Shown here piece by piece: positions 24,005-37,707 of a stretch of DNA of 64,000 nucleotides (position 1 is the first letter of the stretch; the number at the start of each line of letters is the position of its first letter). The DNA comes from Octopus sinensis. Its lineage: Eukaryota. Where the stretch lies: the NCBI RefSeq assembly GCF_006345805.1, contig NW_021833114.1, positions 1 through 64,000 of the forward strand. Reading direction: 5' to 3'. The notes under the pieces were generated by a model, which saw nothing but the letters and a program-made list of their open reading frames with translations, did not search any database and had not been told where the DNA came from. Position numbers and translations under genes: made by a program.

Positions 24005-25830
24005 TTAACGAATACTAAGATAACTTCCCGGAACATAGCCAGATTCTCCATTATTGTTTTTTGCCTGTCAAAATCACAAATAACGATTAAAACAAAGAGC
24101 CACTTGTTGGGATCAAGTTTTTCAGAAATCTCAAGAATCTCCCCCTGTTTGATTGGAAGCATGTTTGGATTATTTCCGTCAGGCTGTTATTAAACCAATA
24201 CCATTTTAAACCGTATATCCATGTGTGGCTACTACAGTTATAGAAATCGGGCTCATTGGATCAGAAATTCCGCAGTAAATCTCTTCCTACAAATTAATTA
24301 ACACATAGCAGACAGCATATTCAACAAAAGTATTTCCATAACAATCATAGTTTTCTGTATCTTGTGGTGTCACCTGTAAAACTTCTGTTTTTATTGGTGT
24401 CTCAGTCGTTAAGGTAGCTCCAAACATGGCCGAACTTCGAAACTTTGAGAGGTCTACATGATGACCAATATACTCAAGAACGGAACTAGCAAGTCTATTA
24501 AACAACTTAACATAGACATAAATTATTAAACCAGATTAATTTTGTTCCTTTTATTAACAGATTCATTATTTGGATCGGTATTTTGGTTTGTTTTAATTAA
24601 TTCGAGGATATTTTTGCTTTGTTGAAGAACAGACTTCCATTTGACGATAAGATTGTCCAAATCCACAAAAGTGTCCTCGTCATCAATTATATCCAACCTC
24701 TATTTCTTGGTCATATCAAAATATTTATATTAACTGTAGATTGTGTCATTGTGAACTGAAATTTGGTTTTGAAATTTGATTTGTCGGCTAAAAACCGCTG
24801 ACAATTTTCTGCATGGTTTTGCTAGGTTTTAAAATTTATAAAAATTCACAGAAAAAAATATTGTGTTGGTGTTTCTGAGAAGAAGACTTTCCTTTTGAAA
24901 AATATTTTTAAATAGACAATCTATTGTAGTTAGAAACGTATTGTCATTATGAAAAAAATCCTTTAGTTTGAATAGTTTCACCATAACCTCTACGTTCAAC
25001 TCAAGATTATTGTAATGCAGTTCTAGGTGAATATTGATAGTATGTAGTTCAATAAGATAGTTGTTTTGAGTGATTTTAAGAATTCTTCCAAGTTCTGTCG
25101 ATTTGTTGATCATCTGACAAAATTAAAATTCAAATTACCTTGTAATGTTTCTTAGTTTTACCGCAAGACGAGTGACTGCTAACATTGCTTGTCCTGTGCT
25201 TATTAGAATTTAAAGTGATACTTTATCCGAGAATTGAGACTATTTAGTGTCATCGAAGTCTCCTCAAATTTCTTTTCAATTGATATTAAATTATTAAATC
25301 CACTGAATAGTGCACCCTGGTCTTCTGAGGCGGCGTCTATCACCTAAATAATTTGAGAATAAATATCTCACTCGTTTCCTTTTGTCCAATATGTCCTTGG
25401 TTGCATCCACTATTTCATCGACTTTGGTGATCCGGTGGTCTAGTTCGTTTAACTCGCCATTGTAGTAATTAATGACCTCATTGCCAGCCTTAATCATAAT
25501 TTCGGCAATTCCCCTAGGTGTTGTGTTATAATTTGTGCCTTGAATCAAATTCTTTCAATTTTTTAACCATTTGAGCCGTAGAATTTTTCGTTTCCTTATA
25601 ACATTATAGTTCATTAATGAACCTGATAAAAATTTTTCTGTGCGGCTAAACATTGCAGTAAGTAGTTTCTATTACTCTAAATGAACCCCACTTTACTTTG
25701 TAATGTTGGTGATTGAAGTTAAATTGGAAGATTCCAATTCTAACTTTGAGATTTGATCAGCAAATATTTTGACAATATTATTATACTGCTTATTCTAAAT
25801 TGGTGAGGCTAGAGAATGAGAATTACCATG
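24005..25830 (-). CDS. Coiled-coil/BAR-like protein with C-terminal SH3 (endophilin-like), multi-exon
   Basis: SH3: VVATHGYT..MLPIKQGEILEI..KWLF-AKNNNGESGYVPGSYLSIR*; AEIMIKAGNE resembles N-BAR; start tentative. Confidence 0.6.
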
Positions 25831-26439
25831 CTAAAGAAATAGGATTATCTTAATTATCTTTCTTATTATTTCAATTATTGTTTAAAGCATTCAAACTAAT
25901 GAAAATCTATTTAAATTAGGATTTTTATAATCATTATATTAAATTATTTTGAGTTATCATACTTAATAGTATTTATGTGTTTTTTTGAGCCAAGAGTAAA
26001 AAAATTGCAATTCCCTGCACCTAAAGATTTTTGTTTCTTTTTAACATTAATTTTTTGTTAAAAAGGGTATAAATCCGAGCTTGCTAGCATGAGATTGTTT
26101 ATAAAAATTCAGATTGGTTGGATTAAATATTAAAAGTGAGAAAGGAATGCTCGGATTGTATGAATTAAAAATAAAATAGAGAATCTACTAAATTAAAAAT
26201 TTTCATTTTCTTTTTATGAACATGTTAGTTTTTGATAATGTCAACAGAAAATTTTCTGGGGACCAATCTTGATCATCTATTATTTATGGAGGACAATGCT
26301 TGAGAAGATTTCCTCTTTACTCCAAGATGAGATCAAGATCGTGGAAAAAATGAGGGTCTACGACTTAAGGAAGGAATTCAGAAAAGCGAATTGATGATAT
26401 GAACTAAATAGAAGACGGTTCTTTAGATGTGTTAGTTGG

Positions 26440-26940
26440 AATAATAAGAGTGCGGTAATTAATTTCAATCAAGAGGAATGTCTTTTGTTCTGGACCAAAA
26501 TCTGGAGTAAACATGAACTGAAGAAAAGCAGTTTTCCGGTTACGAAAAGAGTTATTGGGTCTGAAAATACTTTTGACGAGTTCCTAAACGAAGGAATTGT
26601 TGATATCATAAAAGTTCCTCCAAATTGGAAAACGTTTTTTATAAAGAACTTTGCTGATATCTATGGATTCCTCTGTTCGAGAAGGTGCAGTCCAGCGCCT
26701 CTTGCTGACTAAATCTCAGGAATTGATTGGATCGGGAAGCATCAAATGAGATACTTCCAGAGTCTTCTTAAAAACAGTTGACTGCATATAAGCAGTAGAG
26801 ATTTATCAAACTCCAACTGTTTTAAGTACTTCTTATGGTATTTAATGACAAGTCCATCCCATGTCATCACACTGGATGACATGGATTTTATACCGGTGCA
26901 TCAGCTTTCAAAATACGTTATTTTTAAATCAGCACTAGCT
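26440..26940 (-). mobile_element. RLE-LINE 3' fragment (R4/Dong-like)
   Basis: VMTWDGLVIKYHKKYLKQL, homologous to the 20390-20830 insert. Confidence 0.6.
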
Positions 26941-27389
26941 CGTTCATGAAAAAGTTATATTTCCTTCTCTTTTCTACTTCCACTATCTGCAAACGATCTA
27001 GGCACGTGGCGCCTACCTTGACGATCTCCTCGATGGCGTTATTTCGACCACAATATTGGGTTTGTAGTGCTGGACAACAATCAAGGTACGTATTTGGGTA
27101 TCCACCTTAATGCACATCTTCGAGCTCTCACACAACGATTAAACTCGATGGTTCATAACTTTCTGATCGCCTCAAACCATACTTATTGCAGAGCAGGAGA
27201 TGAGGAGACATCAACACCTCGTTATGTCTTCATGTGTAATCATAGTAAATCATACTTCTGCACTTTGTGGCTAAGTGGTCAACGGTCGTCGCCTTTCTTT
27301 TACAGGAGTTACAACTGTTTTCATTGACTATTGAAATATGAGAATAACCCCTCGGATCGGAGAGAGTTATTTGCATATTTCAGCCACGT

Positions 27390-27990
27390 TGATGACGTGC
27401 GGACTGTCCAGATTGCTAAAGAGAATTTTGTAAAAGACTTTAAGTTAAATTTTTAATTAGGGATTTTCTTTAAAGTTTGATCAACTCCCTCACGTAAATC
27501 CTACTATTTTTGCATTGCTCTAAATGTGCTAAATGACAATGGTCGTTAACTGAAGAATGCGTCTCCAAAACAATACTCTCGGGTCCTTGCTAAAATCAAT
27601 GGCCTGAACTATTGTTCAGATCAAATGAAAAAAATTAAAGATTATATTTCAACGTCGACAATTCTAAGTTTGAGGCCTAACTCCGTCCTTAATAAATTTC
27701 TACCGGATGTTCACCCCTCCGACATGCTTCTTGCGCTCAATTAATCTTGCTCGTTTCCGCTCTGGGTATCACCATTCATTAAACCACTACGCTCACAAAA
27801 TGGACGAGTCTCAATCTCTTCGCTCTGCAACCTCTGCTGTGTTGACGAGCATTCAACTGATCACTCTTTTCGCTGTCTCGGTTTTCTTCCTATCCGTAGA
27901 AAATTTAATGTTTACCCCTCCAAGGTCCTGTTGTTTCTGCTTGCTGCAAGTGTCATACCTTGACGTGTGACCGGAATTATGTAACAACAA
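27390..27990 (+). mobile_element. Degenerate LINE 3' region (Jockey/I-like)
   Basis: INLARFRSGYHHSLN.Y motif typical of post-RT zinc-knuckle region; (AAC)n-like tail. Confidence 0.5.
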
Positions 27991-28054
27991 TATTCCCTTT
28001 AACGCAGATTAGTTTCTTTGCAAATACTTAATTAAAATATATCCAAGCAACGGA

Positions 28055-29174
28055 ATGTCCCAACTGTCACGAAGTAAATTAGCACCTCCTAGTTCGCAAA
28101 CCAGTTTGAGAAAGCTTAAAGAAGAAGAGGAGTGGACAAGACATGCCAACATAATGTGTGACAGAAGAGTTGTTCGCGGAAATACATATGCTCTTCCACT
28201 CATTCAAACCTGCGCTCCCAAGGAACCACAAAGACCAAAGAGAAAAAATTTTCCAAGAAAAGCTAACACAGCATCTCCCTCACCAGTGAAAGGACGCTTA
28301 CATATCGAAGTTCAGACTGAACTCTATCTCGAAGAACTGTCAGAACGAGTAGAAGAAATTGAGGCCGAAATACAGACCGACACATTTATTGACCGTCCAA
28401 AAACTCCTCTGTTTATTCCTGCAAAAACTGGCCTCGATGTTACTACCCAAATTTATGAGGGAGATGTACGATTGTCAATTCGGGTTTAGAGTCAGTTGTT
28501 TGACTTCGATATCGAAGTCGTGCCTATCTTGGAAGTTATCGTGGGGAAGACGATCGAGCAGTCACTTCTTGAGATTATGGAAGAGGAAGAGTTAGCTAAC
28601 CTCCGCGAACAACAAAGACATTTTGAGGAACTGCGGAGTGCAGAATTAGTCGAACAACAAAGGCTTGAAGAACATGATAGACGACAAAAAGAAGAAAAGG
28701 TTTAAAGCAAAATTTGGATTGCAAGGAGAACAGAATTAGCCAGCAACGGGCCACCCTTCTCGTTGAAAAGGAAACTGCTAGGAAAATGGCGGCCAGAGCA
28801 TTGGCTAAAAGTTACTTAACTGATTTGGTTCCTTCCGTGTTTGACGGTCTTCGGAAAAGTGGGTATTTCTATGACCCCGTCGAGAGAGGTCGAATTAATT
28901 ACTGTTTTGTTAAGAGCTTGAACGGGTCTGCATTCCTGTCTTGATGAAGCTTGTTCGGAATAAGTTGGATTGCGTCAATATAGGTTGTGGAATCATTGAC
29001 CAAATCATAATCGATGCTAGCAGTCTTTTCAGTCAAGTTGAAAATTCTTTAGAAATGTCTAACGAGTCTCTACGCTTTAATCAGGAGAACGCACCTTTGA
29101 AAGAGGCCGATCAGTCGGAAGTTCTGTTGACTTTATCAGAAAACAGTGTCGACTTAAATAAAACCACAATTTGA
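28055..29174 (+). CDS. RSPH3: Radial spoke head protein 3
   Basis: NIMCDRRVVRGNTY, PVKGRLHIEVQTELYLEEL, QTDTFIDRP, LFDFDIEV.PILEV.VGKTIEQSLLE, GYFYDPVE; introns of 30, 26 and 26 nt restore the frame. Confidence 0.96.
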
Positions 29175-29469
29175 TATTAAAACAAACTAACAATTCTTTA
29201 CTTAAATGAAAAAAATTCAACAAATGCAAGATAGGGACATTCATAGATAATCGAATAAATAGATAAATCAACCTCGATTTAAAATTTTTGTTTCAAAAAA
29301 TGATTTTTTACTAATTTTTTATTAATATAAAATACAATTGGTTAACTTTAATGAATAAATTATAATAATTAAATTTTAGTAATTAAAATCAAATGTATTT
29401 ACCCAACTTTGATAATTTAATTCAGCAATTCCCAACCGGGGTGTCGCGAGATTTTTAATCTCATCTCGT

Positions 29470-30740
29470 TACAGAACATCGTTCTTGCCACTGCAGAAGG
29501 GATTGAGTGCACGACCCGCGAGGACTGGGTTAAATCCGCTCTTTCCCAAGTGTTAGGAAGAGTTTCCAGGATGCCCAGAAATGGGTGGCCTACCCTGCTT
29601 CAGTGCTTCAATCGACGCTTTAGCTCGAACCTATCGTTAGATGCACAAAGAAGCTGGCCAAGACCTTCCTCCTGGCTTTCGTGGTTACGCCGTAAGGATG
29701 CCCCTCGTGTTCTGAACAACACGAGTACCAAGTAGCGAGTTATCGCTACTCTTGCAGGTTAAGGATATATTTATCAACGAGTTGAGGCGTGTCCGAGCAG
29801 AGAGGGAGGAGCTAATTCTCGTTTATCAGAAGAAACTCTCAACTCATGAGTCTCGGTGTCAGCGCAGGCGAGAGAACAACCTGTTTGAATTTAATCGCAG
29901 GTTGTTCTATCGGTGTTATCACGGAGAGACGAAGGAGGGTGCCCAGCAAAAGGACAAAATGCTTGACACATGGGGTAGTATGTGGAAAGCACGTCCTCGA
30001 AAGGGTGTGTCGTTTCCGTTTTGTAGATCCGATGCTCCCTTGATGACCGAGTCTTGTGGTGTCTCTGACATCCGCAAGAAGTTCGATGAGGCAGTAAACC
30101 GTCTCTCTGACTAGAAAACACCTGGGTCGATAAGGTGTATAATTTCTTTATAAAAAATTGCAAACCAACCAGTAAAGTACTCGGCGGGATTGCTAGGGAG
30201 CTAAGGAGCAGGCACTGATCAACAAATGCCTCGCGAGAGCCACGGAAACTCACTAGTGTCGATGTGAGTGGATGTGAAGAAGGCATATGACTCGGTTGAT
30301 CATGCCTACCTTGTTGAGTGTCTGCGAAGGCTCAAGTTTCCTTTGTGGTTTATCAAATTTGTTTCAACTGTATGGACAGGTGGAACGTGCATCTACACTA
30401 CAACAAATGCGATATAGGCGAGGTTAAGCTAGATAGGGGCATATTAAAGGGCGACAGTATCTCTCCGCTCCGTTTGTCCTCTGCCTAGAACCGCAGACTA
30501 GAGTCCTCACTGTCCGATTTGAACATATGTCGATCGAACATGATGAAGGGTGTTTTAGCACCAATCATCTAATGTTCATAGACGACAGAGATCCTCTCAT
30601 GTTCAAACTGTTCGCTCGGTCTTCAAAGATCCTTCACTCGATGGGCAAAGCCTTGGAAGGTTTTATGAAGGCCGTGGGTCTGGAGCTTAATTACAACAAG
30701 TCGTCGACTAACACCCCTGTGTGTGGTGATCTAGTCAAAA
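29470..30740 (+). mobile_element. Frameshifted RT of R4/Dong-like LINE
   Basis: NNLFEFNRRLFYR, WVDVKKAYDSVDH, GILKGDSISP, NHLMFIDD. Confidence 0.8.
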
Positions 30741-31249
30741 TTTTTTGCAAGTTACGGGTAATTCACGTAATTTACAAAAGAGTATTTGAAAATTCTTTGG
30801 GATATTCTACATAAATATTTTTACCCTTCTTAAAATCGGAAGGTTGATTTTTAAGCTCTATAATTTAGTTAAAGATTTGTTAAAATAAGACAAAAATGTC
30901 ATGCCGATTATTTTAAATTTATTTTGATGCTTAGCGAGCATAAAAAGATTAGGAAAAGCTGATTTAATTTATTTTAACTAATGTTAATTTTCAGAGCAAA
31001 AATTTCTTTGCCATAGGACATTTCCTGTAATGCCAGACATTTTTGTGATGCTGGTCTATATCAGATTACTGATTTAATATGCCACAAAATAGATTAACAT
31101 ATTTTTTAAGCTGTCAGGTTCTATAGATTATACGAAACTAACAAAGAATCGATTTGTCACGCCTCACTAATTGGAAAAACCAAAATTTTTATGTAATATA
31201 AATTTTTAAGTACAGTTAAACAAAACCAACTAGTTAATTATGGCGAGTT

Positions 31250-31694
31250 GTTATTCAATCCCTGATTGAGAATGTTTTTTAATTTTGCATTCACTTTACT
31301 CTCCAATTTCTAAAAATCTTTATTATTGAAATAACCTTGTATTTGTGATGAATAGAAATATTTTTTGTTGAATTCTGAAGCAATCATGTTTAAAATAAAT
31401 ACACTTTGAAGAAGTCCATCTTTGATTCCACGGTAGACAATTCCCACATATTACTAGCTTCGAAATCGAGTTGTTCAAGTTGTAGATCCTTGTAAAATAA
31501 TAAAATGTAATTACTTTTTGCATTTTTTTTATTTTGAGGGTGATCCAGTTCTCAAAGTCAATCACTTTTTTGGCCAAATTTAATTGATCTTTATTATATT
31601 TTTGTGTGACCACGCGGTTTTGAATGTTTGTTTTTTTAGAAAACTGTTCCAAAAACTCAACACGCCCATGATTAATCGGATCATTATTTTCCAT
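31250..31694 (-). CDS. PPP1R14/CPI-17-family PP1 inhibitor-like protein (3' end uncertain)
   Basis: RVEF (RVxF), then RVVTQKYNKDQL...FENWI, like RVTVKY..E.WI of CPI-17/PHI-1; 26-nt intron 31489-31514. Confidence 0.6.
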
Positions 31695-31876
31695 TTTTAT
31701 CTAAAAGTCGTTATATTTTATTTTGGTTTGAGGTTTTCCACGCAATTCTGCATTTTATTAAACAATTAGTTTATAATATTCCTTCAATATTTTTCAGAAT
31801 AGAAAGAACTATCTGGGAAATTATCAGAAATATTGAATAAAAAATAATTGTTAAAAATAAATATGAAAGTTAAAGT

Positions 31877-32459
31877 TTATTTCTTGATCACAGTGTCTCC
31901 GTGTTTCCTATGATGTAGAAGTAGATGGTCAGAACGGGAAAATTTTCGATGGCAAATCTCACACTTGAAGGGTTTGAGACCCGTATGTTTTCGTATATGT
32001 CGTTGAAGTTCGTCCGATCTTGCAAAAGTCCAGCAACATCCTGGCCAAGTGCAAGAATATGGTTTCTCGCCTAATTGTAATTAAAGTCAAGAAACCCGTG
32101 TGACTTCGAAAATGTGTTTTAAGATGTGAACTTTTCATGTAAGACTTGGAACACCCCTGAAATGAGCATTTAAATATGCGTTTCTGTTCACTTTTATCAG
32201 GATGAAGCTTCTTAGTTGTGTTTTTAGCCTGGGGAAGTATCGATTGATATGTTTGAAAGGATTGTTTGCAGTATTGAGTAATCGGAGGGTCAAAGATTAT
32301 GTCATTATAATTATTGTATGTTTCATATGGGTTATACAACATATTTTGTTCGTGAAAATGCTCATAGTATTGTTGGTCGTAGTACATATAGTCGTAAAAA
32401 CCATTTATATATTCTTCGGGATTTTCTGAGTATATTCCATCAGTGTTATAATAGTCCAT
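31877..32459 (-). CDS. KLF: Kruppel-like factor (three C2H2 fingers)
   Basis: [63 protein letters not shown]; one micro-intron near 32072-32097. Confidence 0.93.
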
Positions 32460-32896
32460 CAAAACACAAATAACAAATGGCATGTTTAAATAGGCATACC
32501 TGACCGCATTTGAGGTTTACCGACAAATTAATTTGTGAAGTGTAAAAGTGTTTGTTTATTCTGTCCAACCTATTTAATTTTTCACAACATCTACTGAATT
32601 ATCTCTTAAAATATTCGGAATAACATAAAAGACATGTAAAGTATCTCAAAATTTGAATTGAATTTTTTTTTCAAAAACTAAAAACTCAAAGAAAAAGGAA
32701 AAATCATTATCGGGGAAATAAAGACAAGGGACCAAAGTGTCGCTTTCCATCCTAACCCCGATTATAATTACCCAACACAAATTTTCTCTAGGACCATCCA
32801 GATCGTGGTCAAGAGGATTCTTATGAGTCTTCTATCCTTCCTTCAAGTTGTCAAAATTTGATAGACAAAATCAAAGATCGCATTTTTTAAATTTAC

Positions 32897-35280
32897 TGTG
32901 ACCGTCCATAGAATGGACACGCCGTTGAATGGACACTAGAGCATAAAAAGCAAAATAAATAGCAAATTCTATAAATAATTGATTGAAAATGCATTTTTTA
33001 ATTAATTAAAATATTAATAGTTAATATTTTTAATTATTTTTTTTAAGAGTGCAAAATGGGTTTTGTGAAACTGAAAGCTTCGGATCTAAAAATAAGCAAA
33101 GAAATTCAAGACGGCCAGTTAATTGATGAGCCGAATGGGAATGTCGACCGTAAGAAAAGATTTCGATACAAAAATTTGGCCAAAAAATGATATTCAATGA
33201 AGATAAAGTGTATATTTTACACAAGGGCCTTCGGTTACGTTTTTTTGTGAGGACGAAGTGGAACTAAGGGAAAAAACCTTAGAGGTATTCAAAAAAGTTA
33301 AAAAAATTTTGGCGGAGCATAACTACAATCATTTCGGACGAGATAGATTGTTTAGTAAATTGCGAACATCTTATGTGACCGTCCATGGATTGTTTTTAGA
33401 ATTTTTGCTAGAAATCTCACATCTTTAAGCTTTCTAAAAGTCTGTATCAAACACACCGCGGCCGAAGGCCGCATAGGGAACTGTATCAAATACGTCTTCA
33501 ACGATTAGGGGTTTAGTCTAAGGCTGCATAAGAAACAATACGTGTGCAGCAATTAAGGTTTGGTTAGGGTTCCCTTTAGAAATCTGTACTGGTCATCTCT
33601 AAAATTGCTGTTAGAATACCAACGTCTATTTTATTTAATTTATTTATTAAAACACCAAGACCACGCTAAAAACCGAACAAATGTCACGTGATCCCGATGC
33701 ACTCAACCAGGGACTTCATCCTCGCTCGGTGGTCTTTCCACGAGCCCACACAAGATCGCACAGGGCGGCAGGCCGTTTTTGGCGGAGCAGTCGCTGACGG
33801 GCCCAGGTTCAGCTTGATGAGGTCTTCCAGAGAGGCTGGACCGGGGCGTTGGCTATCAAGTGACCAACGATCGGTTAATCTGAGGGCCCTTTGTTGGGCC
33901 TCCTCGATTCGCCTCCTGTTGGACCACGATAGCCGCGGACCCCATGATCCGCAAGCGTACGCAACACAGGGTTCGAAGTACTGGCGGTAGATATTCGCCA
34001 GTACCGGGTGCGACCCGTTTTTCCAAATACCAGATAGAGTTCGCAGAATGTTCAGTTTTTGTTCGCATTTGCGAAGGAGGTTGTCCACATGAGGGGAGAA
34101 ACAGAGGTGCATGTCGAGGGTTACCCCTAGGACCGTCTGACTCCTGCAGAAGGGAACGGATATATTGTTCAGCTTTAAGTCGACAGACGTCCTTCCCAAT
34201 CTTTTATCCGAGGTGAAGAGGGACTTGGCGGACTTCGCCGCGTTTACCACGAGCCGGTTGTCCGTCAGCCATAGGTTCAGCCGATCCAAGTTAGCTTGGA
34301 GCCTTTCAGAGGCCTTCTGGATGTCCCGGTCCCGTGAGGCTAGCACGATGTCGTCCGCGTATGAGAGAACAATGTCATTGTTGTCGAGGGAGTGAGGGAG
34401 GTCTTCCAAAAATAGGTTGAAGAGGGCCGGGGATAAGGGGGATCCCTGAGGTACTCCGTTGGGTAGAAGACGAGATTTGGACTTCAGACCACCGAGGCAC
34501 ACCCTTCCCCTTCGTCCACTTAGGAAGTTGGTAATCCATATTTTTAGCTTCAGAGGAAAGTCGGATTGGAATATCTTCCTTGAGAGGAGCTTCCTCGAGA
34601 CGGAATCGAAGGCTTTATGGATGTCGACGGAGCAGAGCACGGTCTTTTGGTGCCTCGGTTTGCTGGAAAAACCGATATAGATGAAGTTTGACAAGGATTG
34701 GAGGTACGAAGACGTGGACTTCGCCTTCTTAAAACCATGTTGAAAATGTCTTTCGGGTAAGAAAGCTTCTATTCTGCCAAGAACCAGTCTTTCTAGGATT
34801 TTTGACATCGAGCATAACAGGGAAATCGGCCTGAAAGAAGCCGGATCCCCTCTTGGTCTTCCAGGCTTCAGTATCGGTCTTATTAAGGCCTGTTTCCATA
34901 AAGCCGGAATTACGTTGTTGTTAATAGAATGGTTGAAGATTGCTGTTAGAAATCTGACACCTTCGACGCCAAGGTTTTTTAATAGGATCAAATAAATTTT
35001 ACAAATAAATTCGATTTTATAACTATTAAAAAGTATTATTTTAAAATGGTAAACCTCGAAATATAATAAACATTATGATTTTTAATCAATAATCGTAGAA
35101 AAAACGGTGTGGTTGGTTTTGTTAGCTCTCTTATTTTCTCAAAACTCACCAAATTCATCGAAAATAGGCTCAAAATGGGACTTGGAAAAAATTAAGATAT
35201 GTTTTATATGAGCAAAATTGAAATAAATGACATTTTGAAAGTGTCCACTCAAGGGCGTGTCCATTCAACGGACGGTGACA
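32897..35280 (+). mobile_element. Decayed Ginger2-like element (TIR pair, integrase N-terminus) carrying a LINE insertion
   Basis: TGTGACCGTCCATAGAATGGACACGCCGTTGAATGGACAC is inverted at 35241-35280; LRFFCEDE..EHNYNHFGRDRL at 33235-33375; no TSD match. Confidence 0.7.
33640..34991 (-). mobile_element. 5'-truncated Jockey/I-group-like LINE, RT ORF 33684-34991
   Basis: FRPISLL, QHGF, DIHKAFDSV, GVPQGSPLSP, YADD. Confidence 0.9.
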
Positions 35281-35330
35281 TATTTTATTAATAAATACAT
35301 AATTTAAATTTCACGTTTATTTACATTTTT

Positions 35331-36195
35331 TTGTTGTCAATGGTTATGAACTACGAAACAAAATTAAAGATTGCTAAATTGATATCGAAGAAAAAATTAT
35401 CTGAAAGACAGATAATTCAAAAATATAAAACTAGCAAAGGCATGATTTCACGAATAAAAAAAACAATTGTGCCTTTTCTTGAACAAGGAACTGTAAACAC
35501 GGATGAAGATCCTATGCCTTATTGTGAGAAATCGAAATTTGGTGATCAAGTTTTTGAAATATTTCAGAAACTACGGGAAGATAAAGTTCCAATATCAGGT
35601 CCTTTCATAAAGAAAATCGCCTTATATACGGCTTCAAAGATTGGATTTGATTCCTTCAAAGCTTCAAACGGCTGGCTTGACAGATTCAAAAAGCGTCATG
35701 AACTGAGATTCAAATTAATTTGTGGAGAGAAAAATTCATCTGACCTAACTTACATAAATGAGTTTTTTAAAATCCTTGACGAGAAAATTGCGGAATATGG
35801 AAGAGAAAATGTGTTTAATTGTGATGAAACAGCGCTTTATATAAAAAGGACACCGAGAAAGTCGTTTGTCGGAATAAATGACGATACTTTTGGCTTTAAC
35901 CGTACTTCTTTGTTGCAATTCTATGGGAGAAAAACTTGAGCCATTGATTGTTGGAAAATTTAAAAACCCTCGATGTCTCAAAAATTTCAATGTGAAAGAT
36001 TTTGGAATTTCATACTCATCATCTAAAAATGCATGGATGACTGGAAATATTTTTATGAGCTGGTTGACTCGGATAAATGAAAGATTTTATACAATCGACA
36101 GAAAAGTATTAATATTGCTTGATAATGCGGGATGTCATAAAACTATTGAATGCTAAAATATTGAGTTTTTATTTTTGCCAAAAAATACAACTGTA
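35331..36195 (+). mobile_element. Tigger/pogo transposase pseudogene, 3'-truncated
   Basis: FKASNGWLDRFKKRH, NCDETAL, NAWMT, LLDNAGCH; frameshift near 35890. Confidence 0.88.
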
Positions 36196-36889
36196 TTTGT
36201 TTTTTGTCGTTACTTTTCACTAATTAAAAAAATGAAAATCCGAATGAAGCAAGAGAAAAGGTTTTGTAGCATCTAGCTTGTTTAGTATGGGACCAAAATG
36301 TAGGCTTTTAAGGTGTCACTGGAGGAGTTTAAGGTGATATTTGAGTACACGAATTGTAAAATAGAGTATTTTTACTTTAAATAATTCGTTCGGTTTTGGA
36401 ATCCACATTACTTATTAAACCGACTATGATTCGGATTAGATTGTTTCTAATATTGGATAATCCAAATCCAGTGAGGTAGAATAGTAAAACAAATTTAAAC
36501 TAGTATCAAAAATACTCCCGATATGTTAAGGACTTGAAGAGGATGACGGTTATTGGAGAGATCGATTTTTAATTTGAATTGTAGCTGAATCCAATTTATC
36601 AATTTAGTTATCAAATGAAATCTTATTAGATAACTAGAAAAATTTATCTTTTTACAAATTTTGATTAGTGTTTAAGAAAAGTCAAAGAATGCTTATTTTT
36701 CAATAGGATTAAACTTTTTTTTATTTTGCCAGATTTATGAAAAAGCAACTAAAAACCAACTCCGTGTTTTTTTGGCAGTCAGGTTGTGTATGCTTCCTTA
36801 TAGAAAGATAAAATGAAAGAAAAAAACTCCAAGACGATGGAAACTCTCAGGATAGTGGGGTGAAATCCCTCCGTTTGTCATGGGTGTAA

Positions 36890-37145
36890 TAAAATCAACA
36901 CCAGGAAATGTGGCGTTTTCTCTTTAATGTGTAATAAATTCAAGCTGTACACATCCACCCGATATCTACCTGGTATGTTTTTGATGTTCCTGTCAGGGGT
37001 TGGTATTGTCGTGAGAATGTGACTTGTATGTTTTTTTTGAGAAAATGCTCATAGTATTGTTGGTCTTAGTACATATAGTCGTAAAAACCATTTATATGTT
37101 CTTCGGGATTTTCTAAGTATATTTTCTCAGTGTTATAATAGTCCT
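36890..37145 (-). pseudogene. Partial duplicate of the KLF gene 5' coding region
   Basis: 37040-37144 is highly similar to 32354-32457; ATG lost; possible decayed finger remnant (ATFPGV) downstream. Confidence 0.7.
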
Positions 37146-37707
37146 CAATAAATGTAAAGATGAGGCAAAAAATTAAGTTCTATAAATGTCAAAATAGTCT
37201 GAAAAGTTTTTGAGGAGGCGGCAATGTAATTCCGAATATTACATTCGTATTCTCCCGCATCTTTTACATACCCCCTATACATTGTCGCTTCCATGACAAA
37301 AATAAATCTCTATAATATTTAAATCTGCGAAACACGGCGATTAAGATTTGCTGAATCTATATATTCACCAATTAATTGTACTAGGAATTATCTATCAACT
37401 TAATAGTTTTGCACTGTCTAGTTTTCCAGGCGAGAGACTGACGCGATCGAGAAAGAGTTAGAGCGTACTGTCGCAAGAGATATCCGCTCAAAAAACCATC
37501 TCGACTCGCGAGCGTCGCCTGTGAATATAGACATCCGAAATCCGGTAATCTCCAAGTTTCGACCAAGTATAAATCTCGACGTATAAGCAATAGATTTTAA
37601 TTATTTTTTCATTATTTATTAATTTAGTTTGATTTTAATGGGATTGTCTATTGGATTGTCTGGATTTTCATATTTTTTAAGAATAAAAATTAAGCCGAAA
37701 AATCGTA

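Noticed and set aside
33688-34738. Overlapping antisense and alternate-frame ORFs in GC-richer LINE bodies (also 6001-6757, 47042-47836, 58725-59429)
   Set aside because: Expected shadow ORFs of RT coding sequence with no independent motifs.
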